From: Camelus ferus
Taxonomy: Eukaryota
Assembly: GCF_009834535.1 (NCBI RefSeq)
Contig: NC_045696.1
Coordinates: 60,204,001 to 60,268,000 of the forward strand
DNA length: 64,000 nt
Direction of reading: 5' to 3'
The notes under the pieces are model-generated. The model had not been told where the DNA came from, did no database searches, and was given only the letters and a program-made list of their open reading frames with translations. The position numbers and the translations under genes are program-made. Below, piece after piece: positions 51,101 to 64,000 of the stretch. Within the stretch, counting starts at the first letter, position 1; every line of letters starts with the position of its first letter.

Positions 51101-51544
51101 GCCTTTTACGCATTCTGAGGTCCATTTACAACACAGACCTGGGAGAAGTGGCCCAGGACGCTAAGGAAATCACAGAGCATCATTTGTCTGGCAAGTTTAC
51201 AATGTTAGGAAATGTACACAGTGGACCGATGGGGGCAGTGGGGTGCTCTGCGATGGCCCACCAGGAGCCCGCAGGGGTTCGTCAGTAAAATCCAGTTCAA
51301 GAGACAAATTAACTTTACCACCAGGTTTTTAAAATTAAGATTGGGAAACCTGACACTAGACTCAAATATAACCAATATTTAAAAAATCAGTCGTATACCA
51401 TAGCCAGTTAAGAAAGATAAAACAAGAGGGAGAAGAAAGGAAGGGGGCTGAAAAGAGAAATATAACAAAAGGGAGAAACTTACAGAGGGAGGGAAAAATA
51501 AACCTAAGAAGAATTTTTTTTAAAGACGCCCACCAGAGTAGGGT

Positions 51545-51778
51545 AACTATTAGTTATTATTGTGGCCAGTGTGGGAGCCACTTGCTCCCTGCAGGCGCCG
51601 GCTACGCATTTCACACGGACTGTCCCAGTTAATCCTCCGGGCAGCCCCGGGAGGTCAGCACCATTATTACCACTGTTTTCTGATGAGGACACTGAGAAGC
51701 AGTGAGATAAGTAAACTGGCCAAGGGTACACAGCAAACAGTAGAACTGGACATCAGCCCAGGTCGGTTTGACTCCAAA
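51545..51778. mobile_element. MIR SINE
   Basis: ccattattaccactgttttctgatgaggacactgag...taactggccaagggtacacagc-like core. Confidence 0.6.
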
Positions 51779-52914
51779 GAAAGTCCAATCTAAAAACACG
51801 GAAATCGAGAAAGAATGAAGGACCAGAAAGGAAGGAGCAATCAGAAGACAGCACCTCCTGAGAGGGAATGCGGACAGGGCTGAGGCGGCCCTCCTGGTGT
51901 GCTTCCAGGACGCCGCCAAGGGACACGGAGTCCTCACCGCAGCTGCAGGGCCCAAGTCGGGTGAGACGCCCACTGTCCGGATGGATTACGTGTACTTCAT
52001 TCCTCCCGATTAGTAAGTGATGGGACTTACGAGGAGGAAGGAAGAAAGGAAGGAAAGAAGGGAGGGAAGAATCCACATTGATTACCTGAGTGAGAAAAGG
52101 TGGCAGGATGATGGAGGTTTTGAATGTGGGACGGAGAGATTAAGGGGACCATTAACAAGCAAAGGGATGTTGTGTCTGGGGAGGAAAGGGCGATATGTCT
52201 GCATTTATAACCGTTGTGTTGAAAGTGAAGCAGGACAAAGGAGGGAATGAATGTGTGAATGTCTGGCAGCTGGTTGAAGGCCTGGAGTTGGGTTTCTGCA
52301 GAGAAGAAGTGTGGGAACCACAGTCCTCACAGAAAATATGTGAAGCCCTGCTCTGTCTTCCCTCCATGCCTTCCTGCCTGCTGTCCTCCTACCTAGAATA
52401 GCCCTGCTCCCTTCCTCCTGGCCTTCTGGCAAAATCGCACTCATTTCTCACACCCAGCTAAGAGGCCACCACCTCCAAGAAGCCTTCCGCAGCAGGACAA
52501 CTCTCTCCCTCTCCACTACTCTTCTACTTTGTTATACAGTTATAACTTATGTGACCCCATGTCTACGTCCCTTACAAGAGACTGTGGCTCAAGGAGATGC
52601 TCGATAAATGTTCACTGCCCTGAGCTGGAGGGAGAAGGCCAAGGGCAGATGAGAAGCACATCCCACTTGCTGGGAGGGGCACAGATGGGAAGGAGCTATT
52701 CAACCAGCGCCAGCTGCCAGGACAAAGAGACGAGGCTTGAAAAAGACCACTGAGATTTCCTGGAAGGCTTTCCCTCCCTCTGCCTCCTCTCCTGCTTTCT
52801 ACTCATCCTCCCGCACCTAGCTTCCCCATGGAGCCCCGCCTCACTCAGAGCAGTAATACTGCCCAACGTGTTCCCGGGAAGCATGGCTGACTAACCCCAA
52901 CACGGCACACGCAT

Positions 52915-53285
52915 GTTTACAAAGCTTGTCCACGTGGATTGATTCATTTCGCCCCTACAGCAGCAGGGCGAGGCAGATGGATCTGGTATTATCAACTCCA
53001 TTTTACAGATATGGAAATGGGCTCAGAGATGAAACACCTTGCCCAAGGTCACAGTCAGTTCACTGTGTTATGACTCAAATTACTTGCTATGTCTACATTT
53101 AAATGTGCTTTCACAGTCATAATTATATTTGCTCCTCCTCAAAAGCCCTGTAACTAAGCAGGATAGACATTGTTATCCCCATTTCTAACATAAGGAAAGT
53201 AAGTCCCAGGGGTGTTAGGCAGCTGCCCAGTGCCACATCACTAGAAAGCAAAGGGCTTAAGAGCAAAAGCCCTTTGACCCCAGTC
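52915..53285. mobile_element. Two adjacent MIR fragments
   Basis: ccattttacagatatggaaatgggctcagaga...cttgcccaaggtcacag and ttatccccatttctaacataaggaaagtaag. Confidence 0.6.
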
Positions 53286-56026
53286 AGAGCTCTCAAGCTG
53301 CCACTGGCATCTGTCTGCCCGCGGCCAGAGGCAGCAGCACTCGTTACCACAAGGCATGACAACACTATAAATATTCCTAGCAAACCACAAGAATTCACCT
53401 ACCCAGTGAGTCGGATCCATTTCAAGGAGGTCCCGTTAAGACTATACTGATTCCAGCAATGCTGTCATTGCTTGTACTGTTTTCTAAAATTCTCTAATTT
53501 TCAATAGAACCAGCAGAATATTCTCTTGAGTTTCCTGGATAAGACAATTTTTCATCCCTTGATAAGGGGTTTAGATTATTTTAAAAACAGGCACAAATTC
53601 AAAACCCAATCTAGTGACTGATGCAGGAGATTGAGCTGCATGAACCCATTTTGGATCCAGGAGAAGGTTTAACTGCAAAAAATAAAAAAAGCAGCAGTGA
53701 GTTGCCTGTGGCCTGCACACTGGCGAGGACTATGGCACTGAGTTTTTCTGACTTCAGATCTTCAAACTTGCTCTTTCCTCTCTGCATATGAAGCCAAGGG
53801 TGGAGAGAAAGAGTTCTAGGAAGACCACAGGTGAGGCTGGTACTGGTCCCAGGTGAGGGAGGACCAGGTAACTGAGGCCCTTGGAAGGTGTCCTTGAGCC
53901 CTTTACATTCAGAACTTGTCTCCTGCTCAGTGAGTCTGCAGGTGAAGGGGGCAACATCATCAGTACAGTGGTCAGTGTTAACAGGCACTGGTTTCAGGAG
54001 CACCATCCCGCCCAGTATCTACGGAGCTCTCCTGCCCAGGCACCTTGCCGTCTGCTTCACAGGGAATACGTGACACTATATTCCCTGAGCAGGGTCCCAC
54101 TTGACAGATGAGGAACTAAAGGACAGAGAGACTAATAACCTACAAGTCCCCCAGCTGGCAAGTGGCACTACTGGGGTTTGGACTGAGTCTGTCTGACCCT
54201 AAGCCAGGACCTCCCCAGGTCTGTGACTACAAAGCCAGCAGGGCTCTCATCCACACCCTGGCATAAGATGATCCCAGAAAAAGTCTCATCCCGTGGCAGC
54301 AACAAACGTCCTGGTGGCCACAGAGGCTACAGGAGTGAAACTCATCCCCATGTTGAAGCTGCTTCCACCTCCTCCTACCACTCAGGGGAAGGAAAGTGGA
54401 GTGGTTTTCAATACTCATTTAATACATGGTAATCACTAGCCACACCTGGCCCAAAGAACGACAACCCACCAGATTACATCTCAGTGTCTCTCTCCTATAT
54501 TCTCGCTACTCCTCCCTCCAATGTCACTGCCTCAGTTCAGAAGCCCAGGATGGTGCAGGGCTGGCTGGAGAGCTTGACCTTGGCCTCTGCCTGCTTCTCG
54601 TCACCCATCTTCCTCCCTGGTCTTCATCTCCCAACTTATCAAAGACACTGAGCAGAAACCTGTCGAACTTATCGAATCCATCTCCTTGCCTCTGGCAGCC
54701 CAGCTCCCCCCGCCCCAGCCCAGAGAGGTGGGGCCTGCCCTTATTCAGAGTCTTCAGCAACCCCCAGGAACTGGGAACAGCAGTTCCTTGCCTGCCTCCC
54801 ACATCATCTGACCTGCAAGCTTTCCCCAAACACTCTTACATGACAGGAAAGCCAGAATAGTACCATGAAGTTCAAGTACCCAAACCAAAATGTAGCTCAA
54901 AAGGAATGCGTCCATTTTGAACAGCCTTTGTAGACTTGCCAGCTCCGTAAGAGATCTTATAACAGGGGCCCTAGACCAGATGGTGGTGCGGGTGCTACCA
55001 CCGTCCCACCAGGGCAGTGGGCGGCCACAGGCCGGACAGATGCTCCCTGGGCCAAGGCCTGCGCTGGGCGCCAGAGAACAAAGATGGATAAAATCTCCTG
55101 CTTCCGCTCAAGGAGCTGCAGGTCTCACAGGCTCACAAGTGTACATTCAAATCCACCGGAAGGCCCTTTTCCTTGTCCTTCACACAGGCTCCTGAAGCTC
55201 CCAGATCCCAAGCTAAGCAGCCCGGTGTTGAGCCTCCTCACATTATACCAGCATCAGGGATGTTGGGAGATGTCCACAGGATAAAGATGGGCCATCTTGG
55301 AAAGGGAGCTTTTAGCACAGGATAGACCAACCCATCATTTCATAAAGAAATGGAAACCCAGTGGGGAAGCGATACACCCAAAGTCACATGGTGCCTAAGA
55401 GCCAAAACTTGACCCCGGACCTCCTGGACCAGCTTTCACCTCTAGCCACTCCAGCTGCCGAAGCACCATTTCCACCCCAACTACAGCTCTGACTGTCGCT
55501 AGGGTAGTGTGAAACTGCTTCACTGGCTCCCAGAACCTTTCTAGGAACACCTATACCTGTGAGCTGCAGCTGTCACATCACTTGGTGGAAGCATGTGGAT
55601 TTGTCAGATAACCTCCCAAACCAAGGTGACCTCACATCTCACATCGTGTCCTGAACAAAGAGAGTAGATGTTTCTGAGCACAAAGTGAAATTTGCTGACC
55701 TTGGCTGGAAATCAGCCAGGGCAGATGAGGCAAAAGAGTGAGAGCCCTCGAAATGGAGTCTTCTTTTTTCTCCTTACTTTGGAAAGAAGCCTTTCTATCA
55801 CTGAATGAATAAAGATAAATAAAGATCTTTTAAGGTCTTTTCTAATACTGAGAATCTAGGATTCTCTGAACATAGAGAGAATTTCTGCCAAATACTCCAC
55901 AATTTAAAGGATCAATTATTGCTAATGAAATGACTCTAATTTAGAAAGGTGCAAGGTCCCTGTGGCATTCTCTTGCCCCATCTCAAATTCTGTATTCCAG
56001 TTTTTTGTAAAATACTGTACTTCCCT

Positions 56027-56237
56027 AAAATTTAAAAAAAAAAAAAAAACTCTATATATAATATATAACCAAGAAGGACCTACTGTATAGCACAGGACTA
56101 TACTCAATACTTATAATGACTTATAATGGGAAAGAACCTGAAAAAGAATCCTGTATATAACTGAATCACTTTGTTGTACACCTAAAACTAACACATTGTG
56201 AATCAACTATACTTCAATTTTAAAAATAATAATAAAA
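56027..56237 (+). mobile_element. 5'-truncated L1 3' end
   Basis: ggacctactgtatagcacagga...actgaatcactttgttgtacacctaaaactaacacattgtgaatcaactatacttcaa; TSD taaaatactgta(c/g)ttccct at 56008 and 56238. Confidence 0.85.
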
Positions 56238-57889
56238 TAAAATACTGTAGTTCCCTTCTGCCTGGTCACTTTGCCAAAGCACTTTGCTAGGCTGCCTCCT
56301 GCCCAGATGTAGTCACTCTGAACACACTCATGGTGGAGAGTCTGCCTGCCTGCTCCGGAGGAACCCACTTCCCCCAGCAGCATCCACCAAGCTTCCTGCT
56401 CGTCAGACACCCTGCAGAGTCAAGCATCCAATGAAACATCTTCTCCTCATCTTGCTGGTTAAAGTATGATCTGGTATAATTCGAAGGGACCATCTGGTAG
56501 GACTGCCAAGAATCTTAAAATTTTCCAAAAAAAAAAAAAAATTCCATATCCAGGAATTAACATTAAGCAAATAATCAGACATAAATATAAAAACTGATGC
56601 ACAAAGATGTTTATCGCAGCATTATTTATGATAGTGAGAAACTGAAAACAGTCTATAAATCCAAAAAAGAAATAGCCAGAAAAAAGCTATGGTATAATGG
56701 AACAATATCTATTCTGGACATTCATATGGCTATACACATGGATAGACAGACAGAGAGATAAAGATAGACGATTATTCCATGTAAATGAGAAATAATAGCA
56801 ATTACTAATACTGTAATACACTTCTAGTAGTTGGAGTATGGGTGATATTTTATTTGTTGCTTTTACTTCTCTTTAATTTCCAAATTATATATGACAAACA
56901 TAGACAACTTTTATAATCAGAAAGAAATAAATGTTTTAAAAGGATTTTAAAAAATTTTTTAAAGGAAAGATGATCATGCAGCTTAGAAATACGAAAATGC
57001 TGGCACTTTATCCTGAGCCTAAGTCAAAAACATCACCTCGCGGCTTTATTGCTGATTGACGGTAAGCTCGGCCTCTCTGCGCTGAGGGTCCCTGGTCTGG
57101 CAGGGGAAACAAATGCCAGGGAGCAGGGGCCCGTCCCTGAAGAGGGAGAAGCATCCTCACCTTCTAACAGCTCCTGGGCCAACAGGGAAGCAGGAACACA
57201 ATAAGCCAAAGGTGGACACTCCAAGGACATACATCCAAACCTGACTCCAGAGATCCTCCTGCGCAGCCGCACCCCAGTCCAGGAACCCTAGTCCATACCC
57301 CACCCACAGCAAGGATGTAGGCTTCCCTGCTCCAATGGCAGCCTCTCTGCCCTCTCCCTCATCTGCAGAAGACAGTCCAGTGTCCAGTCTACTGTCCTAC
57401 TGTCCTGGGGGGTGAAGCAGGAGGGAGGTATTGGCTTGCCTACCCTGTGTTTTGCTGATTGAGGAACGTGAGGACAGCTCAGTCAGAGACAGGTACTGCA
57501 GGCATGCATTCCTCTTCCCATCTCTGACTCTCACATCTCGAGCAATCATTTATTCCACCAGCCGTGAGTGCTCACCACGTGTCAGGCACCAAACTAGCCT
57601 GGCTTCCCACGGTCCACTCTTCACATCATTCCTCTGTTTAACACCCCTCCTGGCACCTGGAAGACAGCCTGACCCCCTCATCGCCCCATGTGACCCGGCC
57701 AGCGTGGCTTTCCTTCTCTCCGATCCTGAAACAGGCAAGCTCCTTCCAATCCTAAGGCATCTGCACTGGCGGCTCCCTCTGCCTGGAAGGCTGGTTCCAC
57801 TACAACCAGGGGACACCCTGTACATGGTCTCCAGGACAGGAAGGAGTTGGGCACATAGAGACAATGGTCTGGGTTAGGATGGGGACTGG

Positions 57890-58300
57890 AGCAAGAAGAA
57901 GCCAGAGAGCTGGCAGGGTCAGAACTGCTGAGCTGGTATTCCAGCAGGGGGGCTGGATTTTATTCTAAGCACCACGGCAAAGCCATCGGAAGGTGTCCAG
58001 CCTGAGACTGAGGTTACCTGAATTACATTTTAAGAAGATCACTCTGGCTTCTGTGAGCATGGAGTAGACGGAGAGCATGAGTAGACGCGGTGCGGGGAAG
58101 ACAGAGAAGAGAGGGGAGATGAAGAGGGCAGATTTGGGACATCACCCAGAAATAGAACTGATGAGGAGGGTGAGGAAAAAAGAGGATGCAGGATGACTTC
58201 CAGGCTTCTTGTTAAGTAACTAGGTGGTTGGTGTTGCCAACCCCTGACATGGAAGGATCTGGTCAGCAATGAGTTTAGGGGTGGGAATCAAGGGTTCTGG
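57890..58300. mobile_element. L2 fragment
   Basis: ggattttattctaag...ttacattttaagaagatcactctggct...ggatgacttccaggcttct. Confidence 0.6.
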
Positions 58301-58828
58301 ACCTCCCTGATTTTCCTCTTTCACGTTACTCTCCAACTTTGCCCAGGGAGGCCAACACCTGCCATCTGATCACACGGCAAACAGGCTTCTTCCTGCTCTC
58401 CCACAGGCTCCCCAAATTTTCAGAATCAAAGCCAATGGCCTTTCCTCAAGTCTCGTTCTCCCCGTCTCCCTCTTCCTTTCTACTGGGATAGCACCTGGAT
58501 GAGAGAAGACCTAGCAGATACAAGGTAGCTTCCATGTCCCTTCACAGACGGCGCCCTCAGGCGGGTGCCACCTCCTCCCCACCAGCCACATTGGATTCCT
58601 CCACTGGGTCAGAGCCGGTGCCCTCGTCTCCCGTGGCATCTGCTGCTGCTAAGGCTCACTCCGAGTTCAGTTCTGCATCCTCAACTGTCCGTGGAAGATT
58701 TCCACTGGGACAGGCTGCAGTCTTTACAGTGAAGACATCTAAACTGATGCAAACCAGCTCCTCACCATCCCCCTTGCCCCCATCATCCCCACTGCCAGGC
58801 AATCACCAGGTCTCCTACCTTACTCCTT

Positions 58829-58976
58829 CTTTTTTTTTTTTTTTTTTTTTTTTTTGCAGGGGGTAGGTAATTAGGTTTATTTATTGATTTGATTATTCAG
58901 TGGAGGTACTGGGGATCGAACCAGGACCTCAGACACGCTAGGCATGCGCTCTACCACTTGAGCTATACCCTCCCCC
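58829..58976 (-). mobile_element. tRNA-derived SINE (camelid Vic-1-like), young-looking
   Basis: Long uninterrupted poly-T, then ggtaattaggtttatt...ggaggtactggggatcgaacc...gagctataccctccccc; TSD ttactc(c/t)ttctt. Confidence 0.9.
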
Positions 58977-61900
58977 TTTACTCTTTCTTTTAAAGGGCCT
59001 TTGCATTGCTCCCTTTCAATTTTCGCTCCCACGTGCTAGTCCGTGCTATGTTTTCAGTCTTTCCCTCCCAGCATATGGATACGCTGCCTGCCAGCATTCC
59101 CATCTCTCTACAGTAACTACTGGGCTGTTGTAAAGGCAGATCTGTATGAGGCCCCAGCACTAAGCACAAGGGAACAAGCAAACGATACTGCTCCTTCCTT
59201 TAAAGCCTTCAGGGGCTCCTCAATGATGAGACAAACCCGGATGCCTTAAACAAGCCTCTTAAGCCCTCCACAATCTGCCTAGCCCTCCTTTTGAGTCCCT
59301 TCAATGACTCCAGTTGTGCTAGAGCCTAGTCTCCCCAATCCACCCCTTAACCTGCCGCCTTCCTGGCTGTGGATCCCCTGCATTTAAGAAATCTTAAGCA
59401 TTTCAATATTTGGGACTGTGCTGATGCAACAGCCTCCCTGCCTCTCCGTCTATCCATATCCAAGAAACTTTTTTTCCTTCTCCTGGATGTCTCCCTGGAC
59501 TTCCCACCCCAGCAGTCTCTCCACCTCTACCTGTGGCAGCCCATCCCTATCCACGCCACTTCTAAGGTCAGTAGGATCTTTTTGTGACACTTCTTCAGCC
59601 ATGAATCACTCATGCATCATTATTTCACTTTTTTTGACATTTAGTGTTTGGGCTCCCAACAGGGTACAGCAGTCTTGGACTGTGACACCCCATCACCTGG
59701 CGTGGTTCCTCACACAGAGAAAGGGCTCTGTCTGTAAATATCCTCTAATGTACAAATCAGTCAAATGTGATGCAGACTGAGTCATGTACCACAGTCCAAC
59801 AAAAGAAGGGGGAGAAGTCAGGACAGAAACATCTTTGTTTCTGTGTATGCAAGATGCATGAAGAGTGGGTAGGAGAGGGCATAGATGCTAAAAGGAAAAC
59901 AATTTTGCAGCCTCTGAATAGGTTACCATTTACGTCTCCTCCTACTGAATAGGTATTCATAACACTGCCTCAGAATATCAGCCATGTTCCCAGGAAACAG
60001 CCCATTAAGGACATCACCAATTCATTTCAGCTTGGTTGCTAATTAATGTAGCGACCTCTGGCATCAATAATCTATGGCTTGACATATAAATAGGGCATAA
60101 TTCACAACCTCCATAGAAAATGCCATTTTACACATGTGCAAAGACTTGTGGCCTCGTCTTTTTTTTAGGCCTCTACTCTGCAGGTTGTTCCCATTACCAC
60201 CAGCATCTCCTCATCCCATCTCTCATCCCAGTCCTAGTCCCTACTCTCTAACCGAGGGCAAGAGCAAGGGATCGAGGAAGAGAGGAAGAAGAACAATGCG
60301 CTGGAAAGGATCTTAGAGATCCAGAATGACTCTTGCCCCATTTTACAGACAAGAAAACAGGCTGCATGATATTGTGGAAATAGCAAATGGATTCGGTCAA
60401 ATCGATTTAAATTCTGCCTCCTCCGTTCACTCTGTGGTCTGACATGACCAGGCTTCAGTTTCCACCACTGTAAAAGGGCAATACTGTGCCTCACAGGGTT
60501 GTTGTGAGGGTTGAATGGGGTGAGGACTGCAAAAATTTTGACCACACAGGTGCTCAAAGGCTACAAGTCAAAGAGGGACCAAATGAATCTCCTTCCCTGT
60601 TGCTTCCTTCCCCGGGATTCTTCGAAGGGAGGGATGTTTATTGCAGCTGAAGCCTCCAGTTCACACAACAGGGGGTGGGAGCACAGGGCAGCCACCGATG
60701 AAGGCATTAAGGGGCTCACAGAACCACAACTGCCATCGGGGCTTTGCTTTCTCTCTGAGCGGCTTTGGGACAACACGCCAGCTCTAAGAACACTGCTCTC
60801 AGCCAGCTGGGCAGGGCTGCTGGAAGGCGGAGGAGATCACTGGGAGGGCACAGGCTCCAGGACTAGGGATGCAGTAACTGCCTGGCTGGGCATCAAACAC
60901 CTTCCATTCTTACCCTACCCACACCGTTCAGCTCTTGAGCAGGAAATAGCAGTTTAGCATTTGCACGCATGAGGTTAAAAGGATGTGGCTTTTAAACACA
61001 TGGGCCAGGGTGAGTCCCTTTCTCCACACTCCTCCTTCTATTTGGGGTACCCTCCATCAAAGCAGGAGGGCTTCTCAGGAATCCCCACCACTACCAACCA
61101 CCGCCCCACTCCTCCCCTGCAACCTTGGCCCAGACATTTCTGGAGGGAAGCCCCTCTCCACTCCCTGGGGGCTGCCTCCTGCCCAGCCCTGGTCTTCACT
61201 GCACTGTGTGATGGCTCCCCCCGCAGCTAAAGCTAAATGACAAGTTGGCCCACAACGTTACAGCGATTCAGGCGACAGCTCTGGAACAGCCCAGAAGGGG
61301 CTGGGCTCGCAGAGCTTCCTTTACTCTAGGGGGCTGCATTTTTCTAAGATTATTATTCCTTGGGCAGGCTGCTCAGCTCATCAGCGTCATTTCCCCTTTG
61401 GGTGGGAAAGTTCTTTCCTTCTGCAATGATTTTCATTATGACTTAAGCCTCCCCCCACCACCCCCACACCCCGCCACTCATCTGCAGATCTCACAATTAA
61501 TGCATGGCCCACGCAAAAATCAGTGTATAAACTTAAGCACTCAGCTTAGAACCGTGGCTCGGAAGCCCTGAGTTGCTTAAAAAAACAAACCACAACGAGA
61601 AAACGAAAACCTCTAGGACTTGGCATCCTCTCTATCTCTACTGGCTGGAACACCAGCAACAAGTTCAGCTGAACAGCCTGCGGGTGACAGGTGGGCACAA
61701 AAGCTTAACAAAGGCTACGCAAGCAAGAAGTGGGTGGGCAGTGCTGCCGTACAGGGACTTGCGGTCTAAGGCAGGCAAACAACCCACAGAATGTTAGCAC
61801 GGTTACTCAACAGTGAGAATCTTGAACTCTGCCAAGAGGAAAAAGGCTAGAAATGGCCCCAGGGAAGAAAAGGACATCTCTGGTCCTTGCTTTTGACATG

Positions 61901-62395
61901 GTATTTGGAAGCCCGGGCCATGAGGGCCAAGCACTGACCACCAGCATCTCCGCAGCAGAAGGGGCTGCAGGCAGTTTCCCCAACAATCGTATGAAGCACC
62001 TTATTTGTAAGACTCAGGGCTCATTACCAGCAGGAGTGAGCACCTCCCCAAACACAAAAACACTAGTGCCGAGCCTGGCTGGCCATCTGGCAGGGGTGTT
62101 GAGAGGGCAGACAGCCACGTGGGAGGCTGTGTGGACCAGAGGGCTTCTGGAGCCCTTGCAGTGTTGAGACTTCGCTGCCTTGGGAAGTATCTGATTGTAC
62201 CTTGTGGTGCATGGTAGCCAATCAAAAAGGGCCCATAGGAAATCCTTGGAGGTTATTAGGAAACTCGGGACTCACCAAAATCATTTCATGCTGGCCTTCT
62301 TGTTCATTGTTTCCGTTTCCCTCTAAGTGACATTGTTTGCGCCACCATCAGAAAAGACGCACAGGTCATGCCTGAATCCTGGGCCGTGTTAGTAG

Positions 62396-62415
62396 CTTCT
62401 AGAAACTTCTAGAAG
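62396..62415. promoter_or_regulatory. Candidate heat-shock element (four alternating nGAAn pentamers)
   Basis: cTTCt aGAAa cTTCt aGAAg; motif match only. Confidence 0.5.
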
Positions 62416-64000
62416 TTTTCAACATATAACCGAGTTCCTCTCTTGTAGCCTCACCTTCCTGACATCCCACCTGAGATCCAGCCTTAGATGAGCTGAAGCG
62501 CAGGCACTCCTTGGGTGGTCTTTGTAGGGGCACCAAAGGAGAACCTCTTAGGTAAAGGAAGTTTTTCCACGACCCTGGCTCCTGCCTACCTGTTCTCTGG
62601 GACTCTCACAAGCCTTCCTCTAGAGCCTCACGCACCTGAAGTCTCCATCGCTCTCACCTCCCAAAATGAATCTTTGCAACCGGGAATGTTGCAAAGCCAA
62701 GATGAGCAGAGTTACCTGTCACACCTGCCAGGAAGTGTGTGTCACTTACGGTCGGGGTGGGGATCACTGACCAGCAAGGGAGATCAGCTCCAGTTCTTAC
62801 CTGCAGAGTCCCTTAAGCCCGCTGCCGCCACTGTCCCTCTCCCTGTAACACCTAGCTCTCTGTGATGTGTCGAGGAGTCTCAGCCACAAGAGAAGGAAGG
62901 AGACTCCTGTGCCAGCCTCATCCAGCCAGGGCCCCAAACCAGAATCCCTCCCACCTATCCCCCTAACAAGATCAGGCCCTGCAGCTAAGAAAGCCTGACT
63001 ACCAGCCAGAGAAGGCTGCCTTCAGTGCCTGGCTGTCTCCTCTGAGATGGTCTCAATCCTCTGCGCTCCACCTTCCATTCAGAAGACTCAAATTTCTGCA
63101 GTGTTCCTTGGTTACTTTCCTAGTGTGAGAAAGCCATGAAATGTTCTCTTTTATGTCCTTGATTCCTTCCCATGGAACTTAAAACCGTGTATGCTGTAAG
63201 TCACCCAGAGTTGGGGGTCACTGCAGGTGTGTCTCCTGTAGATCTTTGGAAGCTCCTTTCCCCTACAGTTCCTCAATTCCTCAATGTGCCAGTGATGGAG
63301 AAGTTCACAAGGATGAGGCACTTGCTGTGATGAGAGTACTACTGAATACAGAGTTGAGTTTTCCTGGAGGATCTGATTTTTTTTAAAACGTTTTTCTTAT
63401 TTAATTAGAGGAAGCATCCTCAGCGCAATGAAGCAAGCTAATTCCTAAATCAGAAAGTCTGTGTGAAATGAGAGACTTAAATGAGGTGTCCACTAGGAAG
63501 ATGAAACCTTGTGAGCCTTCACCTAAACTCCAGAACAAAACCTAGTGTTGCAAGCGACCAGGCTTCTCCAGATAACCGGACAAACTATGCCTTGAGTCAC
63601 TCACAGGAAGGCAGTGTCTAAACACCACGACATTGCTGACTTTGTTCAAAGCATTTTCCACTTATTTTTACTTTCATTTTGTCACATCATCACTAAAAGG
63701 CTGGGAAGAGCGGGGATTATTACTTCCATTTCACAGATGGAGAGACTGAAATCAAAAGAGGTGACATCCTCAAGGTCACAATTGTATTACGGCTGGAATT
63801 CCACTCTGTCCTTAGCACTTCTTCCAGACCTAAAGAAGGAACTGGATAAAAAGGTCTGGAGGAGAGAGAGCAGGTCCCTTCTGAGAGGACAGGCGGAGGC
63901 TGCGTGTGGAGCAGCAGCTCCTCGGGAAAGGAAAGGGGAGGAGAGGCTCCGGCACAGTCCTGTGTCAGCGTCTGCCTTGCAGGGCTTCATCTTGGAACCC

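Noticed and set aside
57941..57954. Second CTCF-like motif ccagcaggggggct
   Set aside because: One G too many for the core spacing, and it lies in an L2 remnant
62900..64000. Possible HEG1 exon 1 or promoter
   Set aside because: No signal-peptide exon or CpG island inside the window; GC only starts to rise at the edge

Overview
Mammalian genomic DNA, not prokaryotic. The tRNA-derived SINEs resemble the camelid Vic-1 family, so the source is probably camel, alpaca or llama. The whole window lies inside HEG1 (heart development protein with EGF-like domains 1) on the minus strand. I resolved canonical exons 2-14 plus one extra exon between exons 5 and 6, all with AG/GT boundaries; numbering follows human HEG1 as recalled from memory. 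Exon 1 should lie just beyond 64000 and exons 15-17 (TM and cytoplasmic tail) before position 1. Main observations: (1) two independent +1 frameshifts, in exon 2 (~38870) and exon 6 (~24090), which break the ORF as written and are either assembly errors or real loss-of-function alleles; (2) the extra 489-bp in-frame exon carries a CpG-rich coding VNTR of 13 PRETT/PRETTS units with a 48-bp higher-order period; (3) candidate regulatory elements: a four-unit heat-shock element, an ETS/KLF/SOX/FOX/DR1 motif cluster and a CTCF core. The rest is ordinary intron with SINEs, L1/L2/MIR, DNA transposons, LTRs and microsatellites. I found no evidence of a wholly new multi-gene system.
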